Source of the DNA: Auanema rhodensis
Taxonomy: Eukaryota; Animalia; Nematoda
NCBI GenBank assembly: GCA_964057225.1
Contig: OZ059900.1
Location: 19,902,001 to 19,966,000, forward strand
Length of the DNA stretch: 64,000 nucleotides
Reading direction: 5' to 3'
In this document: positions 44,901-58,200 of the stretch, piece by piece
Numbering within the stretch: position 1 is the first letter of the stretch
How the letters are laid out: the number at the start of each line of letters is the position of its first letter
The notes under the pieces: generated by a model
Told to the model about the DNA's origin: nothing
Databases searched by the model: none
Seen by the model: the letters and a program-made list of their open reading frames with translations, nothing else
Position numbers and translations under genes: made by a program

Positions 44901-47900
44901 CGCTGAAATTCGTTGCATTTGACGACTCATATGAACAAAAATCGATTTAATCAATATTAGCCATAAGGGGCGTGCCCTCAGAATATGCTAATTTCCTTAA
45001 TTTTCTAACCCCTGTTTTTTTGTCGTGAAAGTGGAACTAGACGTTGTACGAACAATTTTAAGCTAGGTTTCATTGACATTGCATGAGTTTGAACACATGA
45101 AATCGTAAGTCAAAACCTTGTTTACAGCGAAATTTCCAAAAACTGGTTTTCCAGCATAATAAAATATTTCTCATGGGAAATACTGTGTTTTTGTATTTTT
45201 CTAGTGTTCAGCATGTAAAATGCTTCATTTTAGTATGTAACACGCTGAAATTCGTTGCATTTGACGACTCATATGAACAAAAATCGATTTAATCAATATT
45301 CGTTGTTTTCGTTGCATTTGACTACTCATATGAACAAAAATCGATTTAATCAATATTAGCCATAAGGGGCGTGCCCTCAGAATATGCTAATTTCCTTAAT
45401 TTTCTAACCCCTGTTTTTTTGTCGTGAAAGTGGAACTAGACGTTGTACGAACAATTTTGAGCTAGGTTTCATTGACATTGCATGAGTTTGAACACATGAA
45501 ATCGTAAGTCAAAACCTTGTTTACAGCGAAATTTCCAAAAACTGGTTTTCCAGCATAATAAAATATTTCTCATGGGAAATACTGTGTTTTTGTATTTTTC
45601 TAGTGTTCAGCATGTAAAATGCTTCATTTTAGTATGTAACACGCTGAAATTCGTTGCATTTGACTACTCATATGAACAAAAATCGATTTAATCAATATTA
45701 GCCATAAGGGGCGTGCCCTCAGAATATGCTAATTTCCTTAATTTTCTAACCCCTGTTTTTTTGTCGTGAAAGTGGAACTAGACGTTGTACAAACAATTTT
45801 GAGCTAGGTTTCATTGACATTGCATGAGTTTGAACACATGAAATCGTAAGTCAAAACCTTGTTTACAGCGAAATTTCCAAAAACTGGTTTTCCAGCATAA
45901 TAAAATATTTCTCATGGGAAATACTGTGTTTTTGTACTTTTCTAGTGTTCAGCATGTAAAATGCTTCATTTTAGTATGTAACACGCTGAAATTCGTTGCA
46001 TTTGACGACTCATATGAACAAAAATCGATTAAATCAATATTAGCCATAAGGGGCGTGCCCTCAGAATATGCTAATTTCCTTAATTTTCTAACCCCTGTTT
46101 TTTTGTCGTGAAAGTGGAACTAGACGTTGTACAAACAATTTTGAGCTAGGTTTCATTGACATTGCATGAGTTTGAACACATGAAATCGTAAGTCAAAACC
46201 TTGTTTACAGCGAAATTTCCAAAAACTGGTTTTCCAGCATAATAAAATATTTCTCATGGGAAATACTGTGTTTTTGTATTTTTCTAGTGTTCAGCATGTA
46301 AAATGCTTCATTTTAGTATGTAACACGCTGAAATTCGTTGCATTTGACTACTCATATGAACAAAAATCGATTTAATCAATATTAGCCATAAGGGGCGTGC
46401 CCTCAGAATATGCTAATTTCCTTAATTTTCTAACCCCTGTTTTTTTGTCGTGAAAGTGGAACTAGACGTTGTACAAACAATTTTGAGCTAGGTTTTATTG
46501 ACATTGCATGAGTTTGAACACATGAAATCGTAAGTCAAAACCTTGTTTACAGAGAAATTTCCAAAAACTGGTTTTCCAGCATAATAAAATATTTCTCATG
46601 AGAAATACTGTGTTTTTGTATTTTTCTAGTGTTCAGCATGTAAAATGCTTCATTTTAGTATGTAACACGCTGAAATTCGTGGCATTTGACGACTCATATG
46701 AACAAAAATCGATTTAATCAATATTAGCCATAAGGGGCGTGCCCTCAGAATATGCTAATTTCCTTAATTTTCTAACCCCTGTTTTTTTGTTTTTTGTATT
46801 TTTCTAGTGTTCAGCATGTAAAATGCTTCATTTTAGTATGTAACACGCTGAAATTCGTTGCATTTGACGACTCATATGAACAAAAATCGATTTAATCAAT
46901 ATTAGCCATAAGGGGCTTGCCCTCAGAATATGCTAATTTCCTTAATTTTCTAACCCCTGTTTTTTTGTCGTGAAAGTGGAACTAGACGTTGTACGAACAA
47001 TTTTAAGCTAGGTTTCATTGACATTGCATGAGTTTGAACACATGAAATCGTAAGTCAAAACCTTGTTTACAGCGAAATTTCCAAAAACTGGTTTTCCAGC
47101 ATAATAAAATATTTCTCATGGGAAATACTGTGTTTTTGTATTTTTCTAGTGTTCAGCATGTAAAATGCTTCATTTTAGTATGTAACACGCTGAAATTCGT
47201 TGCATTTGACGACTCATATGAACAAAAATCGATTTAATCAATATTCGTTGTTTTCGTTGCATTTGACTACTCATATGAACAAAAATCGATTTAATCAATA
47301 TTAGCCATAAGGGGCGTGCCCTCAGAATATGCTAATTTCCTTAATTTTCTAACCCCTGTTTTTTTGTCGTGAAAGTGGAACTAGACGTTGTACGAACAAT
47401 TTTGAGCTAGGTTTCATTGACATTGCATGAGTTTGAACACATGAAATCGTAAGTCAAAACCTTGTTTACAGCGAAATTTCCAAAAACTGGTTTTCCAGCA
47501 TAATAAAATATTTCTCATGGGAAATACTGTGTTTTTGTATTTTTCTAGTGTTCAGCATGTAAAATGCTTCATTTTAGTATGTAACACGCTGAAATTCGTT
47601 GCATTTGACTACTCATATGAACAAAAATCGATTTAATCAATATTAGCCATAAGGGGCGTGCCCTCAGAATATGCTAATTTCCTTAATTTTCTAACCCCTG
47701 TTTTTTTGTCGTGAAAGTGGAACTAGACGTTGTACAAACAATTTTGAGCTAGGTTTCATTGACATTGCATGAGTTTGAACACATGAAATCGTAAGTCAAA
47801 ACCTTGTTTACAGCGAAATTTCCAAAAACTGGTTTTCCAGCATAATAAAATATTTCTCATGGGAAATACTGTGTTTTTGTACTTTTCTAGTGTTCAGCAT

Positions 47901-49411
47901 GTAAAATGCTTCATTTTAGTATGTAACACGCTGAAATTCGTTGCATTTGACGACTCATATGAACAAAAATCGATTAAATCAATATTAGCCATAAGGGGCG
48001 TGCCCTCAGAATATGCTAATTTCCTTAATTTTCTAACCCCTGTTTTTTTGTCGTGAAAGTGGAACTAGACGTTGTACAAACAATTTTGAGCTAGGTTTCA
48101 TTGACATTGCATGAGTTTGAACACATGAAATCGTAAGTCAAAACCTTGTTTACAGCGAAATTTCCAAAAACTGGTTTTCCAGCATAATAAAATATTTCTC
48201 ATGGGAAATACTGTGTTTTTGTATTTTTCTAGTGTTCAGCATGTAAAATGCTTCATTTTAGTATGTAACACGCTGAAATTCGTTGCATTTGACTACTCAT
48301 ATGAACAAAAATCGATTTAATCAATATTAGCCATAAGGGGCGTGCCCTCAGAATATGCTAATTTCCTTAATTTTCTAACCCCTGTTTTTTTGTCGTGAAA
48401 GTGGAACTAGACGTTGTACAAACAATTTTGAGCTAGGTTTCATTGACATTGCATGAGTTTGAACACATGAAATCGTAAGTCAAAACCTTGTTTACAGCGA
48501 AATTTCCAAAAACTGGTTTTCCAGCATAATAAAATATTTCTCATGAGAAATACTGTGTTTTTGTATTTTTCTAGTGTTCAGCATGTAAAATGCTTCATTT
48601 TAGTATGTAACACGCTGAAATTCGTTGCATTTGACGACTCATATGAACAAAAATCGATTTAATCAATATTAGCCATAAGGGGCGTGCCCTCAGAATATGC
48701 TAATTTCCTTAATTTTCTAACCCCTGATTTTTTGTCGTGAAAGTGGAACTAGACGTTGTACGAACAATTTTGAGCTAGGTTTCATTGACATTGCATGAGT
48801 TTGAACACATGAAATCGTAAGTCAAAACCTTGTTTACAGCGAAATTTCCAAAAACTGGTTTTCCAGCATAATAAAATATTTCTCATGGGAAATACTGTGT
48901 TTTTGTATTTTTCTAGTGTTCAGCATGTAAAATGCTCCATTTTAGTATGTAACACGCTGAAATTCGTTGCATTTGACGACTCATATGAACAAAAATCGAT
49001 TTAATCAATATTAGCCATAAGGGGCGTGCCCTCAGAATATGCTAATTTCCTTAATTTTCTAACCCCTGTTTTTTTGTCGTGAAAGTGGAACTAGACGTTG
49101 TACGAACAATTTTAAGCTAGGTTTCATTGACATTGCATGAGTTTGAACACATGAAATCGTAAGTCAAAACCTTGTTTACAGCGAAATTTCCAAAAACTGG
49201 TTTTCCAGCATAATAAAATATTTCTCATGGGAAATACTGTGTTTTTGTATTTTTCTAGTGTTCAGCATGTAAAATGCTTCATTTTAGTATGTAACACGCT
49301 GAAATTCGTTGCATTTGACGACTCATATGAACAAAAATCGATTTAATCAATATTCGTTGTTTTCGTTGCATTTGACTACTCATATGAACAAAAATCGATT
49401 TAATCAATATT
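32918..49411. repeat. Ten copies of a +57-bp junction (399-bp units) starting at 32918, 35027, 37136, 38561, 39302, 40043, 41468, 45301, 47246 and 49355
   Basis: caatatt|cgttgtt|ttcgttgcatttgacTactcatatgaacaaaaatcgatttaatcaatatt|agcc is a 7-bp filler plus monomer pos 6-55. The spacings (2109, 2109, 1425, 741, 741, 1425, 3833, 1945, 2109) all equal n x 342 + 57 - m x 164. Confidence 0.96.
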
Positions 49412-52270
49412 AGCCATAAGGGGCGTGGCCTCAGAATATGCTAATTTCCTTAATTTTCTAACCCCTGTTTTTTTGTCGTGAAAGTGGAACTAGACGTTGT
49501 ACGAACAATTTTGAGCTAGGTTTCATTGACATTGCATGAGTTTGAACACATGAAATCGTAAGTCAAAACCTTGTTTACAGCGAAATTTCCAAAAACTGGT
49601 TTTCCAGCATAATAAAATATTTCTCATGGGAAATACTGTGTTTTTGTATTTTTCTAGTGTTCAGCATGTAAAATGCTTCATTTTAGTATGTAACACGCTG
49701 AAATTCGTTGCATTTGACTACTCATATGAACAAAAATCGATTTAATCAATATTAGCCATAAGGGGCGTGCCCTCAGAATATGCTAATTTCCTTAATTTTC
49801 TAACCCCTGATTTTTTGTCGTGAAAGTGGAACTAGACGTTGTACGAACAATTTTGAGCTAGGTTTCATTGACATTGCATGAGTTTGAACACATGAAATCG
49901 TAAGTCAAAACCTTGTTTACAGCGAAATTTCCAAAAACTGGTTTTCCAGCATAATAAAATATTTCTCATGGGAAATACTGTGTTTTTGTATTTTTCTAGT
50001 GTTCAGCATGTAAAATGCTTCATTTTAGTATGTAACACGCTGAAATTCGTTGCATTTGACGACTCATATGAACAAAAATCGATTTAATCAATATTAGCCA
50101 TAAGGGGCGTGCCCTCAGAATATGCTAATTTCCTTAATTTTCTAACCCCTGATTTTTTGTCGTGAAAGTGGAACTAGACGTTGTACGAACAATTTTGAGC
50201 TAGGTTTCATTGACATTGCATGAGTTTGAACACATGAAATCGTAAGTCAAAACCTTGTTTACAGCGAAATTTCCAAAAACTGGTTTTCCAGCATAATAAA
50301 ATATTTCTCATGGGAAATACTGTGTTTTTGTATTTTTCTAGTGTTCAGCATGTAAAATGCTCCATTTTAGTATGTAACACGCTGAAATTCGTTGCATTTG
50401 ACGACTCATATGAACAAAAATCGATTTAATCAATATTAGCCATAAGGGGCGTGCCCTCAGAATATGCTAATTTCCTTAATTTTCTAACCCCTGTTTTTTT
50501 GTCGTGAAAGTGGAACTAGACGTTGTACGAACAATTTTAAGCTAGGTTTCATTGACATTGCATGAGTTTGAACACATGAAATCGTAAGTCAAAACCTTGT
50601 TTACAGCGAAATTTCCAAAAACTGGTTTTCCAGCATAATAAAATATTTCTCATGGGAAATACTGTGTTTTTGTATTTTTCTAGTGTTCAGCATGTAAAAT
50701 GCTTCATTTTAGTATGTAACACGCTGAAATTCGTTGCATTTGACGACTCATATGAACAAAAATCGATTTAATCAATATTAGCCATAAGGGGCGTGCCCTC
50801 AGAATATGCTAATTTCCTTAATTTTCTAACCCCTGTTTTTTTGTCGTGAAAGTGGAACTAGACGTTGTACGAACAATTTTGAGCTAGGTTTCATTGACAT
50901 TGCATGAGTTTGAACACATGAAATCGTAAGTCAAAACCTTGTTTACAGCGAAATTTCCAAAAACTGGTTTTCCAGCATAATAAAATATTTCTCATGGGAA
51001 ATACTGTGTTTTTGTATTTTTCTAATGTTCAGCATGTAAAATGCTTCATTTTAGTATGTAACACGCTGAAATTCGTTGCATTTGACTACTCATATGAACA
51101 AAAATCGATTTAATCAATATTAGCCATAAGGGGCGTGCCCTCAGAATATGCTAATTTCCTTAATTTTCTAACCCCTGTTTTTTTGTCGTGAAAGTGGAAC
51201 TAGACGTTGTACAAACAATTTTGAGCTAGGTTTCATTGACATTGCATGAGTTTGAACACATGAAATCGTAAGTCAAAACCTTGTTTACAGCGAAATTTCC
51301 AAAAACTGGTTTTCCAGCATAATAAAATATTTCTCATGGGAAATACTGTGTTTTTGTACTTTTCTAGTGTTCAGCATGTAAAATGCTTCATTTTAGTATG
51401 TAACACGCTGAAATTCGTTGCATTTGACGACTCATATGAACAAAAATCGATTAAATCAATATTAGCCATAAGGGGCGTGCCCTCAGAATATGCTAATTTC
51501 CTTAATTTTCTAACCCCTGTTTTTTTGTCGTGAAAGTGGAACTAGACGTTGTACAAACAATTTTGAGCTAGGTTTCATTGACATTGCATGAGTTTGAACA
51601 CATGAAATCGTAAGTCAAAACCTTGTTTACAGCGAAATTTCCAAAAACTGGTTTTCCAGCATAATAAAATATTTCTCATGGGAAATACTGTGTTTTTGTA
51701 TTTTTCTAGTGTTCAGCATGTAAAATGCTTCATTTTAGTATGTAACACGCTGAAATTCGTTGCATTTGACTACTCATATGAACAAAAATCGATTTAATCA
51801 ATATTAGCCATAAGGGGCGTGCCCTCAGAATATGCTAATTTCCTTAATTTTCTAACCCCTGTTTTTTTGTCGTGAAAGTGGAACTAGACGTTGTACAAAC
51901 AATTTTGAGCTAGGTTTTATTGACATTGCATGAGTTTGAACACATGAAATCGTAAGTCAAAACCTTGTTTACAGAGAAATTTCCAAAAACTGGTTTTCCA
52001 GCATAATAAAATATTTCTCATGAGAAATACTGTGTTTTTGTATTTTTCTAGTGTTCAGCATGTAAAATGCTTCATTTTAGTATGTAACACGCTGAAATTC
52101 GTGGCATTTGACGACTCATATGAACAAAAATCGATTTAATCAATATTAGCCATAAGGGGCGTGCCCTCAGAATATGCTAATTTCCTTAATTTCCTAACCC
52201 CTGTTTTTTTGTTTTTTGTATTTTTCTAGTGTTCAGCATGTAAAATGCTTCATTTCAGTATGTAACACGC
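42496..52270. repeat. Four 178-bp truncated monomers (164-bp deletion of pos 121-284) at 42496-42673, 44042-44219, 46671-46848 and 52093-52270
   Basis: Junction cccctgtttttttgt|tttttgtatttttc at 42615, 44161, 46790 and 52212. 44161-42615 = 1546 = 4x342+178. Confidence 0.96.
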
Positions 52271-55200
52271 TGAAATTCGTTGCATATGACGACTCATATG
52301 AACAAAAATCGATTTAATCAATATTAGCCATAAGGGGCGTGCCCTCAGAATATGCTAATTTCCTTAATTTTCTAACCCCTGTTTTTTTGTCGTGAAAGTG
52401 GAACTAGACGTTGTACGAACAATTTTGAGCTAGGTTTCATTGACATTGCATGAGTTTGAACACATGAAATCGTAAGTCAAAACCTTGTTTACAGCGAAAT
52501 TTCCAAAAACTGGTTTTCCAGCATAATAAAATATTTCTCATGGGAAATACTGTGTTTTCGTATTTTTCTAGTGTTCAGCATGTAAAATGCTTCATTTTAG
52601 TATGTAACACGCTGAAATTCGTTGCATTTGACGACTCATATGAACAAAAATCGATTTAATCAATATTAGCCATAAGGGGCGTGCCCTCAGAATATGCTAA
52701 TTTCCTTAATTTTCTAACCCCTGTTTTTTTGTCGTGAAAGTGGAACTAGACGTTGTACGAACAATTTTGAGCTAGGTTTCATTGACATTGCATGAGTTTG
52801 AACACATGAAATCGTAAGTCAAAACCTTGTTTACAGCGAAATTTCCAAAAACTGGTTTTCCAGCATAATAAAATATTTCTCATGGGAAATACTGTGTTTT
52901 TGTATTTTTCTAGTGTTCAGCATGTAAAATGCTTCATTTTAGTATGTAACACGCTGAAAGTCGTTGCATTTGACGACTCATATGAACAAAAATCGATTTA
53001 ATCAATATTAGCCATAAGGGGCGTGCCCTCAGAATATGCTAATTTCCTTAGTTTTCTAACCCCTGTTTTTTTGTCGTGAAAGTGGAACTAGACGTTGTAC
53101 GAACAATTTTGAGCTAGGTTTCATTGACATTGCATGAGTTTGAACACATGAAATCGTAAGTCAAAACCTTGTTTACAGCGAAATTTCCAAAAACTGGTTT
53201 TCCAGCATAATAAAATATTTCTCATGGGAAATACTGTGTTTTTGTATTTTTCTAGTGTTCAGCATGTAAAATGCTTCATTTTAGTATGTAACACGCTGAA
53301 ATTCGTTGCATTTGACGAATCATATGAACAAAAATCGATTTAATCAATATTAGCCATAAGGGGCGTGCCCTCAGAATATGCTAATTTCGTTAATTTTCTA
53401 ACCCCTGTTTTTTTGTCGTGAAAGTGGAACTAGACGTTGTACGAACAATTTTGAGCTAGGTTTCATTGACATTGCATGAGTTTGAACACATGAAATCGTA
53501 AGTCAAAACCTTGTTTACAGCGAAATTTCCAAAAACTGGTTTTCCAGCATAATAAAATATTTCTCATGGGAAATACTGTGTTTTTGTATTTTTCTAGTGT
53601 TCAGCATGTAAAATGCTTCATTTTAGTATGTAACACGCTACAATTCGTTGCATTTGACGACTCATATGAACAAAAATCGATTTAATCAATATTAGCCATA
53701 AGGGGCGTGCCCTCAGAATATGCTAATTTCCTTAATTTTCTAACCCCTGTTTTTTTGTCGTGAAAGTGGAACTAGACGTTGTACGAACAATTTTGAGCTA
53801 GGTTTCATTGACATTGCATGAGTTTGAACACATGAAATCGTAAGTCAAAACCTTGTTTACAGCGAAATTTCCAAAAACTGGTTTTCCAGCATAATAAAAT
53901 ATTTCTCATGGGAAATACTGTGTTTTTGTATTTTTCTAGTGTTCAGCATGTAAAATGCTTCATTTTAGTATGTAACACGCTGAAAGTCGTTGCATTTGAC
54001 GACTCATATGAACAAAAATCGATTTAATCAATATTAGCCATAAGGGGCGTGCCCTCAGAATATGCTAATTTCCTTAGTTTTCTAACCCCTGTTTTTTTGT
54101 CGTGAAAGTGGAACTAGACGTTGTACGAACAATTTTGAGCTAGGTTTCATTGACATTGCATGAGTTTGAACACATGAAATCGTAAGTCAAAACCTTGTTT
54201 ACAGCGAAATTTCCAAAAACTGGTTTTCCAGCATAATAAAATATTTCTCATGGGAAATACTGTGTTTTTGTATTTTTCTAGTGTTCAGCATGTAAAATGC
54301 TTCATTTTAGTATGTAACACGCTGAAATTCGTTGCATTTGACGAATCATATGAACAAAAATCGATTTAATCAATATTAGCCATAAGGGGCGTGCCCTCAG
54401 AATATGCTAATTTCCTTAATTTTCTAACCCCTGTTTTTTTGTCGTGAAAGTGGAACTAGACGTTGTACGAACAATTTTGAGCTAGGTTTCATTGACATTG
54501 CATGAGTTTGAACACATGAAATCGTAAGTCAAAACCTTGTTTACAGCGAAATTTCCAAAAACTGGTTTTCCAGCATAATAAAATATTTCTCATGGGAAAT
54601 ACTGTGTTTTTGTATTTTTCTAGTGTTCAGCATGTAAAATGCTTCATTTTAGTATGTAACACGCTGAAATTCGTTGCATTTGACGAATCATATGAACAAA
54701 AATCGATTTAATCAATATTAGCCATAAGGGGCGTGCCCTCAGAATATGCTAATTTCGTTAATTTTCTAACCCCTGTTTTTTTGTCGTGAAAGTGGAACTA
54801 GACGTTGTACGAACAATTTTGAGCTAGGTTTCATTGACATTGCATGAGTTTGAACACATGAAATCGTAAGTCAAAACCTTGTTTACAGCGAAATTTCCAA
54901 AAACTGGTTTTCCAGCATAATAAAATATTTCTCATGGGAAATACTGTGTTTTTGTATTTTTCTAGTGTTCAGCATGTAAAATGCTTCATTTTAGTATGTA
55001 ACACGCTACAATTCGTTGCATTTGACGACTCATATGAACAAAAATCGATTTAATCAATATTAGCCATAAGGGGCGTGCCCTCAGAATATGCTAATTTCCT
55101 TAATTTTCTAACCCCTGTTTTTTTGTCGTGAAAGTGGAACTAGACGTTGTACGAACAATTTTGAGCTAGGTTTCATTGACATTGCATGAGTTTGAACACA

Positions 55201-58200
55201 TGAAATCGTAAGTCAAAACCTTGTTTACAGCGAAATTTCCAAAAACTGGTTTTCCAGCATAATAAAATATTTCTCATGGGAAATACTGTGTTTTTGTATT
55301 TTTCTAGTGTTCAGCATGTAAAATGCTTCATTTTAGTATGTAACACGCTGAAAGTCGTTGCATTTGACGACTCATATGAACAAAAATCGATTTAATCAAT
55401 ATTAGCCATAAGGGGCGTGCCCTCAGAATATGCTAATTTCCTTAGTTTTCTAACCCCTGTTTTTTTGTCGTGAAAGTGGAACTAGACGTTGTACGAACAA
55501 TTTTGAGCTAGGTTTCATTGACATTGCATGAGTTTGAACACATGAAATCGTAAGTCAAAACCTTGTTTACAGCGAAATTTCCAAAAACTGGTTTTCCAGC
55601 ATAATAAAATATTTCTCATGGGAAATACTGTGTTTTTGTATTTTTCTAGTGTTCAGCATGTAAAATGCTTCATTTTAGTATGTAACACGCTGAAATTCGT
55701 TGCATTTGACGAATCATATGAACAAAAATCGATTTAATCAATATTAGCCATAAGGGGCGTGCCCTCAGAATATGCTAATTTCCTTAATTTTCTAACCCCT
55801 GTTTTTTTGTCGTGAAAGTGGAACTAGACGTTGTACGAACAATTTTGAGCTAGGTTTCATTGACATTGCATGAGTTTGAACACATGAAATCGTAAGTCAA
55901 AACCTTGTTTACAGCGAAATTTCCAAAAACTGGTTTTCCAGCATAATAAAATATTTCTCATGGGAAATACTGTGTTTTTGTATTTTTCTAGTGTTCAGCA
56001 TGTAAAATGCTTCATTTTAGTATGTAACACGCTGAAATTCGTTGCATTTGACGACTCATATGAACAAAAATCGATTTAATCAATATTAGCCATAAGGGGC
56101 GTGCCCTCAGACTATGCTAATTTCCTTAGTTTTCTAACCCCTGTTTTTTTGTCGTGAAAGTGGAACTAGACGTTGTACGAACATTTTTGAGCTATGTTTC
56201 ATTGACATTGCATGAGTTTGAACACATGAAATCGTAAGTCAAAACCTTGTTTACAGCGAAATTTCCAAAAACTGGTTTTCCAGCATAATAAAATATTTCT
56301 CATGGGAAATACTGTGTTTTTGTATTTTTCTAGTGTTCAGCATGTAAAATGCTTCATTTTAGTATGTAACACGCTGAAAGTCGTTGCATTTGACGACTCA
56401 TATGAACAAAAATCGATTTAATCAATATTAGCCATAAGGGGCGTGCCCTCAGAATATGCTAATTTCCTTAGTTTTCTAACCCCTGTTTTTTTGTCGTGAA
56501 AGTGGAACTAGACGTTGTACGAACAATTTTGAGCTAGGTTTCATTGACATTGCATGAGTTTGAACACATGAAATCGTAAGTCAAAACCTTGTTTACAGCG
56601 AAATTTCCAAAAACTGGTTTTCCAGCATAATAAAATATTTCTCATGGGAAATACTGTGTTTTTGTATTTTTCTAGTGTTCAGCATGTAAAATGCTTCATT
56701 TTAGTATGTAACACGCTGAAATTCGTTGCATTTGACGAATCATATGAACAAAAATCGATTTAATCAATATTAGCCATAAGGGGCGTGCCCTCAGAATATG
56801 CTAATTTCCTTAATTTTCTAACCCCTGTTTTTTTGTCGTGAAAGTGGAACTAGACGTTGTACGAACAATTTTGAGCTAGGTTTCATTGACATTGCATGAG
56901 TTTGAACACATGAAATCGTAAGTCAAAACCTTGTTTACAGCGAAATTTCCAAAAACTGGTTTTCCAGCATAATAAAATATTTCTCATGGGAAATACTGTG
57001 TTTTTGTATTTTTCTAGTGTTCAGCATGTAAAATGCTTCATTTTAGTATGTAACACGCTGAAATTCGTTGCATTTGACGACTCATATGAACAAAAATCGA
57101 TTTAATCAATATTAGCCATAAGGGGCGTGCCCTCAGAATATGCTAATTTCCTTAATTTTCTAACCCCTGTTTTTTTGTCGTGAAAGTGGAACTAGACGTT
57201 GTACGAACAATTTTGAGCTAGGTTTCATTGACATTGCATGAGTTTGAACACATGAAATCGTAAGTCAAAACCTTGTTTACAGCGAAATTTCCAAAAACTG
57301 GTTTTCCAGCATAATAAAATATTTCTCATGGGAAATACTGTGTTTTTGTATTTTTCTAGTGTTCAGCATGTAAAATGCTTCATTTTAGTATGTAACACGC
57401 TGAAATTCGTTGCATTTGACGACTCATATGAACAAAAATCGATTTAATCAATATTAGCCATAAGGGGCGTGCCCTCAGAATATGCTAATTTCCTTAATTT
57501 TCTAACCCCTGTTTTTTTGTCGTGAAAGTGGAACTAGACGTTGTACGAACATTTTTGAGCTATGTTTCATTGACATTGCATGAGTTTGAACACATGAAAT
57601 CGTAAGTCAAAACCTTGTTTACAGCGAAATTTCCAAAAACTGGTTTTCCAGCATAATAAAATATTTCTCATGGGAAATACTGTGTTTTTGTATTTTTCTA
57701 GTGTTCAGCATGTAAAATGCTTCATTTTAGTATGTAACACGCTGAAATTCGTTGCATTTGACGACTCATATGAACAAAAATCGATTTAATCAATATTAGC
57801 CATAAGGGGCGTGCCCTCAGAATATGCTAATTTCCTTAATTTTCTAACCCCTGTTTTTTTGTCGTGAAAGTGGAACTAGACGTTGTACGAACAATATTGA
57901 GCTAGGTTTCATTGACATTGCATGAGTTTGAACACATGAAATCGTAAGTCAAAACCTTGTTTACAGCGAAATTTCCAAAAACTGGTTTTCCAGCATAATA
58001 AAATATTTCTCATGGGAAATACTGTGTTTTTGTATTTTTCTAGTGTTCAGCATGTAAAATGCTTCCTTTTAGTATGTAACACGCTGAAATTCGTTGCATT
58101 TGACGACTCATATGAACAAAAATCGATTTAATCAATATTAGCCATAAGGGGCGTGCCCTCAGAATATGCTAATTTCCTTAGTTTTCTAACCCCTGTTTTT

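Larger units (their letters stand above)
29119..52270. repeat. Variant layer C with length-variant monomers and a ~6-monomer (2109-bp) higher-order repeat plus derivatives
   Basis: Variants enriched in or restricted to this layer: gacTac, gtacAaac, catgAgaaa, ttttAagc, atgctCca, ctgAtttt, gtaCtttt, gattAaatc, acagAgaaa, ggtttTatt and cgtGgc. The layer contains all +57 and -164 events. Confidence 0.88.

Noticed and set aside
28844-51533. Eight 65-aa ORFs (MGNTVFLYF...)
   Set aside because: Created by TAA>AAA or TAA>CAA point variants that spread with the higher-order repeat. They are useful as markers, but there is no evidence of coding function.
25853-52270. Transposon insertions or footprints at the register breaks
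   Set aside because: Almost all inserted bases derive from the monomer itself (1-2 nt of filler aside). There is no foreign sequence, terminal inverted repeat or target-site duplication pattern, and there are no inversions anywhere in the window.
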